Counted from the first letter of the stretch, positions 1 through 13,166 are shown. The stretch: DNA of 64,000 nucleotides from Azolla caroliniana (GCA_043228905.1 JBHGNT010000017.1:6324001-6388000); one strand, 5' to 3'. The notes: generated by a model from the sequence alone, not told the origin. A program made the numbers and translations.

Positions 1-912
1 AGCCTCGTCGCTTCGTCCATGCCCATCCCCGTCATTTCCGCATCGTAGGCTCTCAAAAATTTTGGGACCTCCTTCCCATCGAACCGGCCGACTAGACGGA
101 CCACCCTTTCGACCGCTTGTTGAGCCGCCTCTCGCCTCGCCCTCTTCCGTCCGGCGTCCATCAAGATCTTTGTCATCATCTCCTCGAAGTCGAAGCCTTC
201 CTCCATCTCTTTCTCCCTTGCCGCCCTTCACGTCGGGTTCACCAAAGATGTCGAGATATTTCGCAAGTGCGTGGAGAAGGGCGGAACCACGGGGGTCTTG
301 GACTAAGGAGAAGGGGAGAAGTAATAGGACTTCGGAATGGAGCTTAGCACAAGAAGAGAAAGAATGAACAAGAGGAAGATGGAGGCCAAATGCTTAACAA
401 GATATATTAGAACCGAAAACCGATTACAAAAATGGCGGCCGCGAAGGCCGCACCAAACGACACAAGAAACCCTAACTAAGGAACCCTAAACGAAACCCTA
501 ACCCTAAAACGAAATGGTATACCTCACTCACACTCAAAAATAAGGCAACCCCCACAATGGTGCTCTTCCTCTCCCTTTATAGCACAAGGAGGGAAGACCG
601 TTACATAAAGGTGCTACAAAATATCCCCTTTCAATCAATGGGGATATTTCCCTTGATTTTAGGGGAGGTGGGAAGGATGGGTCTTAACTCCCACCTCTAC
701 ACGAACTACTATGTACCTATCTCTCTCTCTCACGTGGATGTGCGCGCAAAAGCACATCACCTTTACACTTTACAAATCCTAAGGTGCATTTCTAGCACCA
801 CACTTACCACTATCGACAAATAGAATTACAACATGTTGATGTGCAACGTTGCACATCGCGGGTTTGCTTGCTTCGCTCGGTTTTCCGCCTATGGACGAAA
901 ATCTTCACGACA
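1..912 (-). mobile_element. Ty3/Gypsy element B (tRNA-Trp primed): 5' LTR 249-912, PBS and start of internal region, running off the window start; inserted into element A
   Basis: Minus-strand LTR TGTCGTGAAG(912)...CTCGACA(249), followed by PBS TGGTGAACCCGACGTGAA. It interrupts element A pol exactly at DFFEAA. The flank at 913-916 is ACGC. Confidence 0.8.
227..244 (-). promoter_or_regulatory. Primer binding site complementary to the tRNA-Trp 3' end
   Basis: Plus strand TTCACGTCGGGTTCACCA equals the 3' end of plant tRNA-Trp(CCA) plus CCA. The same motif occurs at 5092-5109, 29296-29313, 31792-31809, 42109-42126 and 49052-49069. Confidence 0.85.
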
Positions 913-2974
913 ACGCTGCCTCGAAGAAGTCCACGCCGACTTCTTCGTCCTCCGAAACCATGTTGCCCTCGTCATCAAACCTCGCCCTCGAAAGCATGTC
1001 GGCCATGGCGTTGTCCTTTCCGGAAATGTGCCGTATTTCCGGGTCCAGGGACTTGATGTACGCTATCCACCTGAGCATCGCCAGGTCCGGTGTCGCGCAT
1101 CTGGAAACCATGCCGAGAATTGGTAGGCAATCCGTCTCGATAATCACTTCTGTCCCGATCAGGTAGTCTTTGTCGGCCTTTACTGCCGAAACGATACCCC
1201 AAAGTTCGCGTTTAACCTGGGCGTACCCTCGCTGTCGCTCGCTGAGGACCTTCGCGCCGAATCAGATCGGGAACCGATTGCCGTCCTCGTCTTCTTGGTT
1301 GACGACCCATCCGATCCCGGTCGGACTCGTATCCACCGTTATGTATACCGGGGTACCCTTCTCGTAGACAGCCTTCCGGAGCGCCGGTACTGCCGCAAGA
1401 GCTTCCTTCAGCTTCCGGACCGACTCCGTGTGCTCGTCTCGCCTCTTGAATTTTCGCCCTTTCTTCAGCAACCCATATAGCGGCTCCGCAACGTGGGCGT
1501 AATGCGGGATCCATATGTGGTAGAACGCGCATGCCCCCAGGAACCTCTGAACTTCTGTAACCGAGCTACAGTCGGTCTTCATCGCGGAGATGGCTTCTAC
1601 CTTTGCCGGAGACGGCTTCTGGCCATATGGTCCACATAGGTGTCCAACCACCAGGATTTCCGGTTGCCCGAAGGCCAATTTCTCCCCGGAGAAGGTGAGC
1701 CTCGCATCCTCTAGCCTTTGTAGCACCTTCTCGCAGTCGTCGATGTGTGTCGCCACGAATCGCTGGCATCCGTCCGGCCCGACTGTCTCGTCCTTCTCTT
1801 CCACCGGGCACCCCTTGATCAGGATGTCGTCTAGAAATGACATGGTGATGTCCGGGATGCAATTCCTCAGTACTTTGTTCATTGCATTCACCATGTGGGC
1901 CACCGAGTTGGTCCCTCCTTGTTGCAGGGTACACATTCGCACCAGGCCGAGGGGAGTTCGCATCGTCGTAATGTCTCTGCTCTCCACATCTAGCTGGAAC
2001 TGGTCGTATCCCGAGTACAGATCACCGACCGAGTAAATCGACCTTCCGGCGAAGGCCTCTGCGAACTCGTCTATGGTCGGTCCGATTCCTGCGTTCCGAA
2101 TGGTCACTCTGTTGACCGGCTGCAGATCCTGAATGAAGCGCAATGTCCCGTTTTTCTTTGGTACGGTAAACCATCGGTTCGAGTATGGGGCACTCGACGG
2201 TTCGAGAATGCCCATATCGACTTTTTGCCTCAATAGCTCCATCAACTCCGGGATGTGCGCTCTCGGTACTCGAATCGGCTTGAGATTCCACGGCACATGT
2301 GGTACTGTGAATATCACCATCGGCTCCACAATCGTCGGGTCTACACACCCGATCTCTTCCGGCGAAAATGCGAAGGCTTTCCCGTGGCTTCCGAGCATTC
2401 TCCGAAACCGGTCTTCCTCCGCCGGCAGTAGGAACCCGCCCCCACCGATCTTGAGCTCCCGGAGCGTCCCGTCGGTGAAGGTGTGTCCTATGCAGGCCGG
2501 ATCTCGTAAACTGGGGTCCGACGCAACCCCTCTGATTCGGGACTCGCTACCCTCCGGTAAGGGTGCCGCGACGGGCCTTACCTTCCGGCCCACAGCCTTG
2601 TACTTTGTGCTAACTCGGGCCGTCCGATCCAACCCGAGCCCCCGACTGAAGTTCGCGATGACTTTGTACATCTCTTCGGAACATACCGGTATCGTCCGGT
2701 CTTCGTTAAGGTCTTCTCCAGCTACCTCCCCCAGCATTCCCAAGGTGTCGTCGAAGGAGACCGCCTCCACGGCTCCGCTAATTTCCTCGTCTGGGCCGAG
2801 AACTCCACATGCTCGAAGTCGCACTTCCGCCCTTGTCTTTTCTCGGCCGACGATGCCGACTATCATACACCCTCCGTTGTTGGAGAAGCAGAATTTCCTA
2901 CCTATCGTACAGTCGTGGGGTCTTTCCCGAGTGTCCGGGCTGTCTCGGCCCCACGCCTTGGCAGCCCTCTCTAA
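913..2974 (-). pseudogene. Gypsy pol (reverse transcriptase + RNase H), disrupted
   Basis: ORF 1262-2866 has KKNGTLRFIQDLQ, GDLYSGYDQF, FLDD, FLGAC and VDTS. ORF 905-1147 has ETDCLP and GKDNAMADMLSR. There is a stop at 1262. Confidence 0.93.
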
Positions 2975-2980
2975 AAATCC
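2914..2980 (-). promoter_or_regulatory. Putative -1 programmed ribosomal frameshift signal (G GAU UUU + pseudoknot) between protease and RT ORFs
   Basis: GGATTTT-TAG ends the gag-PR frame. The -1 frame is open from 2974 into the RT ORF. Stem GGGCTG/CAGCCC starts 6 nt downstream, and loop CGTGGGG can pair with CCCCACG. Confidence 0.75.
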
Positions 2981-5096
2981 TCCCGGTTCTCGCCACCGAG
3001 GGATTTGCGGTTTCTCTCGTGGTTCGGCCGCACCGTCAGAAATTGAACCGAATGACGCCCGTCCTGGCTTTTGACCCTCGCGTAGGCCGAACCGTTGTCC
3101 AGCACCTTGGTCTCCATTCGCGCCGCCGTGATGTATGGTTCCCCTAATATGACCGGGTGCGAGGACATCTCCTGTACGAAGAAGTGCTGGTCAATCTCGA
3201 CGTCGCCGATCTTGACTCGCACGTTCGGGCAGGCCCTGTGCAGTTCCTCGGTGGCGCGCGTCGCCGCCCGTATCTTCCACCCGTGCTTGGTGTTGATCGG
3301 CCACATCAGGTTTATTTCCGAACCGTGGTCCACCAATGCCACCACCGGTTCCTGAACATCTCCGATCTTTACCGGGGTCTCCGTGGTCGCTCGGGCCCAG
3401 TGCGGCCTTGAATAGTGGCTCTCGCCCACTCATCTTCCAGCGCCATGTCGTCGATGTGCGTTGTCCACACCTCCACCGGTCTTTCCGGTTCCGTCTCCGT
3501 CGACAGCCTCTTCCGTTTCACCAGGTCCACAATGGAGTCGTGGAACTCCTTCTTTGCGATCCCTAGCACCTCTCGCAATGACAGCTCCACTTTGCTGTCG
3601 AGGATCCGTTCTTCTAGGACCTTTCGTAGGTCCGTAGTCCTTTCTATTTCCGTCCCCAGTCGGTATCTGCCCTTCCTGGGGTTATCTTGCGCGCTGGACC
3701 CACCGGCATCGTTCCGTCGTTTCCCGAATCGGGTCTCGTACCGTTGTGAGGGCCCGGCCGCTCCGGCTTTCCCCACTCGTTTGTCTTCTACTAGAGCCTC
3801 GTAGTTCTGGCAGGCGGCTTCTACGAAGCCCGTCTTCTTCTCGACCGGATCGCTCCACCCGGTTATTTACCGGACCCGTCTCTCAGCGCGGTCCGTTTCA
3901 TCTTTCCTTAGCCGTGCGCCAACAAGGCCTTCCAGCATTGCCGACCAGAACCCGTCCTTGCTCTCCTTTCGGGCCTCGCTACCCCCGACCCGAATACCGG
4001 CCGACGCTGAGTAGTGGATGGCCTCCACGTGTCGGGCCGCTGCCTCTTCCATCAGTCTCTTCATACCTCCTCGCCCGTCGTTTCGGTTTAGGGCCCTTCT
4101 GGTGTTGCCGGCGTGCACCCGGCCTTCCCACAGGTACACCATCCGGTTCCTCAACGCTTCTGCGAAATCGCCGCAGTCCTTCCGGAGGTGGCCGACCTCG
4201 TCGCACCACATGCACTTGTTTCCTGCTACCGGCCGTCGGTCACGAGCCGGTTCGCCGCCTTCCCTTCGAGTCTGGGCGATCTGGAGATCCTTTATCGCCC
4301 GCGTCAACTCCTCTAGCGCTGCTCCTCCGGACGAGCCATTGACCATGCTGGTCGAAGCCGGACCGGTTTTGAGCCATTCCCGGGCTTCTTCCCTTCGCAC
4401 TTGCGGTGCCGGTTCGAGCCTCCTTGCTGTAACAGAGCCCGCACCTGCCGCCCCGTTGTCAGCCCATTCTCGCCGTTTGTCGAAACGGCCACAGACTCTC
4501 TTAACCGCAGCCCAGTCGGTTGTCAGCCCGTCTTCGGTTTCCAGCAAGGAGCCGACTTGATCCCGGTCCCGCTCGTCCACCGATTTGACGAACAGTAGGA
4601 CCCGGCTCGTATCCAGAATGGTTCGGTCAAGCGCCGAAAGGCGCGCAAAGCGTTCTTCGAACTCCCGGAGGAGTGCCGACGTGTTTCTTCCTTTGCCGGC
4701 GGACTCCACCCATTCCATGAAGTCTCGTTTCGAAAGCCGGAGCGCGTCGTCCAGCCCGTATTTTTCTAGGAGTCGGCCTTCGAACTCCTCCCAGGTACGG
4801 CTCTCCGCCCGCACCTCGAGCACCTCCGCATGGATGCTCGGCATCGCCACTCGAGGAAACCGGGCAAGATGCCTCTCTTCCGAAATGTCCCGCATCAGCA
4901 TTTCTGCCCAGTAGGACGCCAAATACTTCGTAGCATCCTTTCCGCTGAACCGGCCGATTGTACCGACGACCGCCTCAATGGCTCTGTCGAGGGCGCCAGT
5001 GCCCTCGCGTGCACTCAATATCCGATCCACGGCCGACGCCATGGCCTCTGCAAGATCCGACCCCTTCATTTTCTGCTCTTCTACCGCCTCCTTCAT
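2971..5096 (-). pseudogene. Gypsy gag-protease, disrupted by a stop and a frameshift
   Basis: ORF 3867-5210 has zinc knuckle CMWCDEVGHLRKDC. ORF 2971-3429 has aspartic protease motifs LVDHGSEINLM and VILGEPY. Confidence 0.9.
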
Positions 5097-5724
5097 GTCG
5101 GGTTCACCAAGATGTCGAGGTATCCCTCGCGGATGCGTGGAATGAGGCGGGACCTCGGGGGTCCTGTACCGAAGAGCAAGAGAGAAAAGGAGAGGGGAAG
5201 AGACCCACAAGGTGCGAGTGTAGATTCACAGGGACACGGCCCTTCGACACAGAGACGCGAGTGGGACAGCGACACAGAGAGACACGAATGTATGTCGAAA
5301 TATATATAAACAAGACAAACAACAAGCACGAAGTCGGTTACAACCGAACAGGCCGGCGAACAGATGTCGATGCCTGTTCGTAAACGTACAAAAAGGAAGA
5401 AGTAGGTTGGAGGTGCTGCCGGAAGCACTCGGGCATTCCTCAGAGCAGCGCGAGCCTCCCGAAACCTGCACAGAAAGAAGCTATGGAGTTTGGAAGAGAG
5501 AGAAGCCTTCGGCCCACAATCCGACAGCACTTCGTCCTCCCTTACTTCGCGATCCCTCTCCCCTCCTTGTCTCCCTCCTTTTATAGGCAAGGAAAGAGCC
5601 GTTTCCTATTAACTTCCTACCTACCGAGGATCTTCTATGTACAACATAAGGCGCACGTGTATGAAGAGCCGGTTCCTACGCTCCGGTGCACCGATTCCGC
5701 TTGTGGCCGGTTTTCTTCATGACA

Positions 5725-7190
5725 ACGGTTCGCGGTCAGTCCTTCAATCTAGACCTCCAAGTGGGTGTAGAACAACGAATAGGTGTCTAAGCGTAATGCG
5801 TAGGGGAAGGTTCCCTGTAACTTATCAACGTATAAGGGAGACGGCTACAACCGAATCCCTGCCAAGGGTTACACTTACATACTTGAACGCTTAGGTATTC
5901 AAGACACACACAGTGGATTAGCCGTAGCTATACACAGGAAATCAGAGAAGATAGAATTCTATTATGAGACGTTTCTTTACAATCCCAAAATTACACGCAC
6001 CCTCTATCAGAGGTTTTCTGCCCTTTATATACGCAGGGTCTATTTAGCCATTCACGCTTCCTGCGTAAACCATTACATGCGTTATGCTCTTATATTATTT
6101 CTTATTCCTATGCTTTTGTCCGTCGGTTACTATTCCGGCGGACAACACCTGGCACGCCTGTGGGACAGTGCCCTAGCACGTTGGACCCATCCCGTTCCTC
6201 CTCTTCCAAAATGGCCTGGATGTTTGGCTCTGTTGCGGTGTCCGTGTCTGGACGTAACGTAGGGCTCGTAGGTGCATTGTGCTATGGCTCCCCTGTTTGG
6301 TCGGGCTGGTTTCTCCCGGAGTCGCGGTCGCCGTGTGTGGGCAGTCTGGGGACGGTGGGCTCTTCTTGAGCTAGTGGGTTGGGCTTCGCCATTGTCGTGC
6401 TTGCAGTCAGCTGCGGCTCTGCCTCCATTGTTACATCCTCCGTGGTGTCAGCAGTTTTTGTATGTTCCGGGGAGTGGGCCGGAGATTCCGCCTGGCCCGC
6501 ACTGTTCTCCGTGTGGTCTAATGATAGCGTGGGCTCGTGCGGATGAACCTCTTGTTGTGCAGTGGTTTCGCTGTCTAGTCTTGTGGGGAACTCTGCTTGT
6601 CGGTCCCCGCTATTCTCCATCGTTTTCATTTCTGGTGATCGGGCCTGAGCTTCCTCTTCTTCGGTTGTGCCCGGAATTGGCGTCGCGCTAGATTCCTCGT
6701 TTGTAAGTGTATTGCCGGTTTGTGTGATCTAGTGAAATATCCCCTCCTGGCTTTCACCAAAATCATCTAAGAGCTGTGTGAGTTCTTCGGAGTGTTGGTC
6801 CGCTAGCGCACAATAGTCTTGCACTAGGTCCTCGCGTACGGCCGTAGTGCTCTCCTCATTTAGTTTATAGAAACCTCGACCGTCTTTTCGCCGGTTCTCC
6901 TAGTCCGCACCGCACGATACGCGTGCAATTCCGCTGCTTGGGTTGGCCATGCCATCCACCCTTTGTCGAGCGTCGTTCTCAATTGCGTTGTGAACATCTC
7001 TTGATTAGTTTGGAGAAGGATACGCACGTTATCTATGATGGCCTGGCAACGGTTGCGTGCGTCTTCCATCGACTTCTAGAGATTTGCGATTTCCTGCTGT
7101 TTAACCGCTGCCACTTCCTCGTACGTGGCCTTCAAGCCCGCCCACAGCTAGGATTCTATTGCATGTTGTTCTTCTAATTTCCCCATTTCA
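5725..7190 (+). mobile_element. Fragment of a probable Tat-like Gypsy element C: LTR end at about 6147, tRNA-Arg-like PBS, 5' internal region
   Basis: ...GGACAACA followed by TGGCACGCCTGTGGGAC (6150-6166), close to the tRNA-Arg PBS TGGCACGCCCAGTGGGAC of Tat/Retand elements. No core domain is visible. Confidence 0.45.
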
Positions 7191-7209
7191 TTGTTTAGGA
7201 GTTAAAAAT

Positions 7210-7607
7210 TGTTGAGCGGCAAGCTCAACCGGAACCGAATCGGCTGAATAAGCCTGAGCCGGTAAGCAAGATGAATCGGTATGCCGGTGAGCAACCGAGC
7301 TAGTAAGTAGTAAGGACCGGTGAGCTGGGGAGCCGGTATGCCGGATCAAATCCGTAACCGGAAGCCTAGTATAGGTTAGACTACTAGGAAGTTATAGTCT
7401 CGTAGTTAGTGTCAAATGCTCGTGTGAGCATTGAAGTACACCGTACTTCTAATAGTCCCATGTGGACTTGTATAAATAGCGTTGATGAGCGCGTTGTAGA
7501 AAAAAGCACAGAGTATTCATATAATTTTGAAGAATAGTGTGTCCTCTCTCTCTGTCTCTCTGTCTCTCCCGGGTACTCTCTCTCTCTTTCACAAGCAATC
7601 TTTCACA
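7210..7607 (+). repeat. 5' LTR of Copia D
   Basis: TGTTGAGCGG...TTTCACA, a direct repeat of 12724-13161, with TATAAATA at about 7471. Confidence 0.95.
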
Positions 7608-7657
7608 TGGTATCAGAGCACGTGGGTTGAGAACCTCTGCTCCAGACATCTACGCTT

Positions 7658-10600
7658 GTGAAGGAAACCCTAACAGATCAGAAAACAGACACAAAAGGAG
7701 AAATGGACAAAGGTATGGCTACGTCGCTCCCGATGGAGAAGCTCAACAGAACCAACTACGCATCTTGGTCATACAAGATGCACCAGTACTTGCTTGGGCA
7801 TGGCTATTGGAGTTATATCGATGGAGTGAACGACTCAGCACCGGAGACGACACACAAGGACTTCCTAGTGTGGGAACAGGCGGCAAGCAGGGTGATGTAC
7901 TGCTTTGCGTCCAGTGTCAGTGACCAGCTGCTCAGCCATATCCATGATGCCAAGACATCGAAGGATGTTTGGGGAAAGTTGAAAAAGGTCTTCAACGCAA
8001 GCACCACTGCCCGGAAGCTGCAACTCAGACAGGAGTTGAGCAATGTTCAACAGAAGAACATGTCGGTGGCAGATTACACAGACCGGATCAAAGGGATCTG
8101 TGAATCGCTTGCCTTTATTAACATCACCGTAGAGGAAGACGAGATGGTGCAGGTCTGTCTTGGAGGCCTAGCGTCCAAGTTCGGCGCTTTCCGGACTGCG
8201 GTTTGTACAAGGGAGAATATGCCCTCATTTTTCGACTTACAGTCGATGCTCCTTGTAGAGGAGAACCACGCCAGTGCCTCAACCAGTGCATCCCCAGACA
8301 GCCGGATGGGGTACACGGGAACGGATCGGTCCCGCGGGCATGGTGGACGAGGCGGGTCGACACGCAATGGAGGCAGCCGGCAAGAGCAGGAACAAAGGCA
8401 CAGTGAGCGTGCCGACAGTAGTTCCAGGACTTCCACAAGCAGGGGGAGTCAAGGTGGTGCCGGAGGCCGGCAAGACAAATCCGCTACGAAATGCTGGTAC
8501 TGTGGCAAAAAGGGCCACAGGGAAAGCGAGTGCTCGAGAAAGTGTGCTGATTTGGACAAATCCGGATCCGGCAGGACCGGTAAGGAAGGCCAGCAAAGCT
8601 CGCACTACGCAAACGGATCGGGAGGATCCAAGAACGGTAAGGGGCCAGCCTTGGTGATGAAGCACAAGGGAAACTCAATGAAGAAGACCACTTCCAAATC
8701 GGAGGAAGTGTGGTACGTTGACTCCGGCGCATCGAACCACATGACGAGCCACGAGGAGTGGTTCTCCTTTTTGGAGAAGCCGGATCAACCGGGAGTTGTC
8801 GAAACCGGAGACGACACTCCCCACCCGATCGTGCACGTCAGAGAAGTCCCTTTGAGCCACGTCGAACAGAGGGGGAAGCTGATGAATGTATTACATGTTC
8901 TGACGATCACGAAGAACCTGGTGTCGGTCAGACAGATCGTCGACCAGGGGATGCAGGTGCGGTTTACGCACCTCGGGTGCTTCATTAAGGATGAGGGCGA
9001 AGTTATTGCGCAAGGACGTAGAGATGGGAGGATGTTTATCCTCAACACCAATGACGTCGGCACCGCACTGTTCGCCAAAGGACAGAAGGTCGAGTCGGAT
9101 ATCGACCTGTGGCACAAGCGGATCGGCCACGTCAACTACCGGAGGCTTCAAGACCTGCAAACGGAACAAGTCGTTTTCGGTTTGCTGTAGTTTAGCGGCC
9201 GGAGAGCCCAGATTTGTGAAGCCTGGCAACTCGGGAAGCAACACTGGCTTCCATTCCCCACCGAAAGAAATCGAATCCGTAACAAGCTTGATCTTATCCA
9301 TTCGGATGCGTGGGGACCGGCACAAAATGTTTGCATTGGCGGAAGTCGATATTTCGTCTCCTTCATCAACGTCTACACGCGGCATACGTGGATCTAGCTC
9401 ATTGAGCGGAAGAGCGAAGTCTTCGAGTGTTTCCGGAGCCTCCAGAAGATGGTGGAACGGGAATAGGAGAGGAAGATCAAATGCCTACGGTCGGATGGCG
9501 GAAAAGAGTACTTTTCCAACCAATTCAATGGCTATCTGCAACAAAAAGGAATTCGGCGAGAATTCAGCTGCAAATACACACCGCAACAGAACAGTGTGGC
9601 CAAAAGGAAGAATCGGTCGCTGATTGACGCGGCTAGGGCAATGCTGGAGGAAAAGAGCATGCCCAAGTTCTACTGGGCGGAGGCGGTCCAAACGGCCGTT
9701 TACATCTAGAACCGGATCGGGGACAAGGTGTTAGCTCACGAGCTGTATTTCTGGCGCAAGCCGAATCTGAGACACCTCCGGATATTCAGCAGCATAGCCT
9801 ATGTACATGTGCCGGATGAGAAGCGGAGAAAGCTGGATGCAAAATCGGAAAAATGCATCCTAGTCGACTATGCTCAAGAGCAAAAGGGGTATAAGTGTTA
9901 TAACCCCTGGACGAAGCAGGTCAGAGTCAGCCGAGATGTCGAGTTTGATGAATCGGCATCGTGGTATTTCTTACCGACTCTGACTTCCGATCCCGACCCG
10001 ATGTCAGAGGATGGGGCGAGTGAGCCCGAACCAGCCCAAGTAGAGAAAGATGAAGCCGGGACTCAAGATGAGAGTTCGGAATCGTTCCGGTTAAGCGGAC
10101 CGAATGAGAGACTAGATCAGTCCAACCAGTCGGATGATGAGATGGCGAGTAGTAGAGACTCTGTCGTGGTCTCCCCGCGCAAAGAACCGAGGAGATGGTT
10201 CACACGCAAAGAGAAAGGGAAGCAGAAGATGCCGGAATTCGAGACCGGCAATGATGAGTCGGATCGGTGTGTATCTGACTTCGGCAAGGACATAGGCAGA
10301 TCTTCGGGAACGAACACCGAACCAGCCAAGAAGGGTCTCATACCGGGTAACGGTGAGTTACGCCGGTCCACCCGCCAGAAGGATCCCGTTAAACGGTACG
10401 GGTATAATGAGTACATGGCGCATCATTATGCATACATGACCAAGGTCGCGGATGTGCGTGAGCCGGAGAGCTACACAGAAGCAGCAAAGGACGCAAATTG
10501 GCGTGCTGCTATGGAGGAAGAAATGCGGGCACTGGATGCCAATGGAACTTGGGACCTGCTTGACCCTCCCTGTCACTGTAAACCGATCGGATGCAAGTGG

Positions 10601-12141
10601 GTGTACAAGGTAAAGTACAATGCCGATGGTACAGTTAACCGGTACAAGGCCCGGTTAGTGGCAAAGGGATATGCACAGACCCAAGTAATCGACTACGACG
10701 AGACCTTCGCTCCTGTAGCGAAGATGACGACGGTTCGTGTGGTACTCGCGGTTGCTGCGGCAAGGGGGTGGCATCTTCATTAGATGGATGTGAAGAATGC
10801 CTTCCTTCAAGGAGATCTTGAAGAAGAAGTCTTTATGACTTAGCCCCCCGGATTTCAGTCGGAGGTGAACAAGTCGGCGGTATGCCGGCTGAGGAAGTCA
10901 TTGTACGGCTTGAAGCAAGCCCCCCTGCTTGGAATGCTAAGATCACGCACTGGTTGCGAAAGATGGGGTTTGTTGCCTCCAAGTCGGACTCTTCCCTGCT
11001 TATCCGTCAAGGCTCAAACGGTCCGGTATGTATCTTACTCTATGTTGATGATTTAGTCATCACCGGCCCAGGTCTTCCGGAAATCAACCGCGTCAAGTCC
11101 CAGTTGTCAGACGCATTCGATATGAAGGATTTGGGGGACCTTCATTATTTTTTGGGGATCGAGGTGATCCGCACCCCCGACGGTATATTGCTTTCTCAAC
11201 GCCATTATGTGTTGAATATACTGTACAAGTTTGGCATGACGGAATGTTGACTTGTCTCCACACCCCTAGACCGGAATAAGAAGATCCATCCCAACTCAAG
11301 ACCAGCTTGCGATGAGAAACGGTTCCGACAAATAGTCGGAAGCCTGATCTACTTGACCATCACCTGACCCGGCATTAGCTATCCGGTCGAAGTGGTAAGC
11401 CAATTCATGCAGAAGCCGACCGTGGAGCACCTTCAGTGCGCGCAACGAATATTGAGGTATGTAAGTGGCACTAAAGACCGGGGGCTCTTATACTAGCAAG
11501 GTATAACCGAAGAGCTTGTCGGCTACACGGATGCCGATTGGGCTGGCGAGGCAATGGATCGTCGCTCAACTTCCGGCTTTATGTTTTCTCTTGGGAGCGC
11601 GGCTGTTGCGTGGAGCAGCAAAAAGCAGCCAACAGTGGCTCTATCCAGCACTGAGGCTGAATATCAGGGCACGACCATTGCCACCTGCGAAGCCTTTTGG
11701 CTTTGGCAACTACTGCAAGACCTGCGGATCGAGGTACCGACCCTGATCCTGATCTACTTTGATAACCTCAGCAGCATGCAGCTCGCCAAGAACCCTATGT
11801 TCCATGCTCGCACAAAGCACATAGAAGTGCATTATCACTTCGTGCGTGAGCGGGTCCTGAGCGGTGAAGTTGAACTACGGTATGTTCACACGGATCGGCA
11901 AGTTGCGGACATCTTCACCAAGCCACTCGGGTCGGACAAGTTGCAACACGTTACCGAAGTGATTGGTGTTCAGCATCTCAACGTGCCGCACTTGAGGGGG
12001 AGACACAAGGGCAAAGACACTACCGAAACGGGCAAAGGCAAAAAAATTGTTGAACCCGTAGGTAAGAGAAGAACCGGTAGAGGTGGACACAAGAAGAAAA
12101 ATGAAGCCGAGTCGATGAAGGAAGTCAGCACATCCGAATAG
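7658..12141 (+). pseudogene. Copia gag-pol polyprotein (gag, zinc knuckle, protease, integrase, RT, RNase H) with multiple stops and frameshifts
   Basis: Motifs [74 protein letters not shown] and ADIFTK. Confidence 0.95.
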
Positions 12142-12723
12142 GTCGGAGTGAGCAGTTGTGAAGAATAAGTGTACACTCAGGAAGAGAAGTGCATGCTATG
12201 CGGAGGTCATCATGATCGTAATGGCCATGATCTGGAGTCGAATGAAGAATTTGACTTCGGTGAACCGGCTGAAGAAGCCAAGGGAAGCACGGAGAATGCC
12301 AAGACCCGGACGTGGTCCGATGTGGTGAGAGGCCTGAAGCCAAAAATCGAATCGGAGGATACTGATTCGGACAAGAGCTGGAACGAATCGGAGACAGCCG
12401 ATTCGGATCAACAGACGGATCTGGATGAGTCGGATCAACGAGAGGCCAAGGAGACATGGACGCAGCGGAAGTCGATGCCATCGCGGAGCAACCGATGGAT
12501 CGGCAAGCGCCGGAGTCATAGCAGCGAAGGAGCTCAGATGGGCCTATTGAGCAGACATGCCGAAGGTTGAGGCGCGCAGAACCAAAGGGGTCGCGGCAAA
12601 CGGGACCGGACCGGACAAGGAGCGCGAGCAAGACGAAGCGACGCCAAGAGAAGTCGGTTGGAAGAACCGGCTGCCATAGAGGTGGACACTAAGACCCTAC
12701 CTCAGGTTGAGCTCGAGGGGGAG

Positions 12724-13054
12724 AGTTGAGCGGCAAGCTCAACCAGAGCCGGATCGGCTGAATAAGCCTGAGCCGGTAAGCAAGATGAATCGGTATGCCG
12801 GTGAGCAACCGAGCCGGTAAGCAATAAGGACCGGTGAGCTGGGGAGCCGGTATGCCGGATCAAATCCGTAACTGGAAGCCTAGTATAGGTTAGACTACTA
12901 GGCAGTTATAGTCTCGTAGTTAGTGTCAGATGCTCGTGTGAGTATTGAAGTACACCGTACTTCTAACAGTCCCGTGTGGACTTGTATAAATAGCGTTGAT
13001 GAGCGCGTTGTAGAAAAAAGCACAGAGTATTCATATAATTTTGAAGAATAGTAT

Positions 13055-13099
<45 letters not shown>

Positions 13100-13161
13100 C
13101 GCGTACTCTCTCTCTCTTTGTGTATTGTTCTTTCTAACGCTTCCACAAGCAATCTTTCACA
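12724..13161 (+). repeat. 3' LTR of Copia D (terminal TG mutated to AG; expanded CT microsatellite)
   Basis: Near-identical to 7210-7607 apart from the (CT)n region at about 13056-13120. Confidence 0.95.
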
Positions 13162-13166
13162 AAAAT

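Larger units (their letters stand above)
913..5724 (-). mobile_element. Ty3/Gypsy element A (non-chromovirus, tRNA-Trp primed, Phygy-like by inference): 5' LTR 5113-5724, gag-PR, RT-RNaseH; 3' part displaced by element B
   Basis: LTR TGTCATGAAG...CCTCGACA with TATA at about 5580, PBS 5092-5109, and domain order gag-PR-RT-RH. Confidence 0.92.
7210..13161 (+). mobile_element. Full-length Ty1/Copia element D
   Basis: LTRs 7210-7607 and 12724-13161, PBS TGGTATCAGAGC (tRNA-iMet) 7608-7619, PPT GAGGGGGAG 12715-12723, TSD AAAAT (7205-7209 / 13162-13166). Confidence 0.97.

Noticed and set aside
227-244. tRNA-Trp gene fragments (six copies of TTCACGTCGGGTTCACCA)
   Set aside because: Only the last 18 nt including CCA are present, always 3-5 nt from an LTR end. 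These are primer binding sites.
467-509. Interstitial telomere or healed chromosome end
   Set aside because: The motifs are isolated and lie inside LTRs, not in a continuous (CCCTAAA)n tract.
2133-3074. Long antisense ORFs over gag/pol (e.g. 2133-3074, 41982-43424, 49397-50269)
   Set aside because: Expected shadow frames of GC-rich coding sequence. They have no domain signature and are not shared between related copies.
5094-5096. Gag start codon embedded in the PBS of A and K (GACATG)
   Set aside because: Other copies have GACGTG, matching the tRNA. The ATG is most simply a CpG deamination product.
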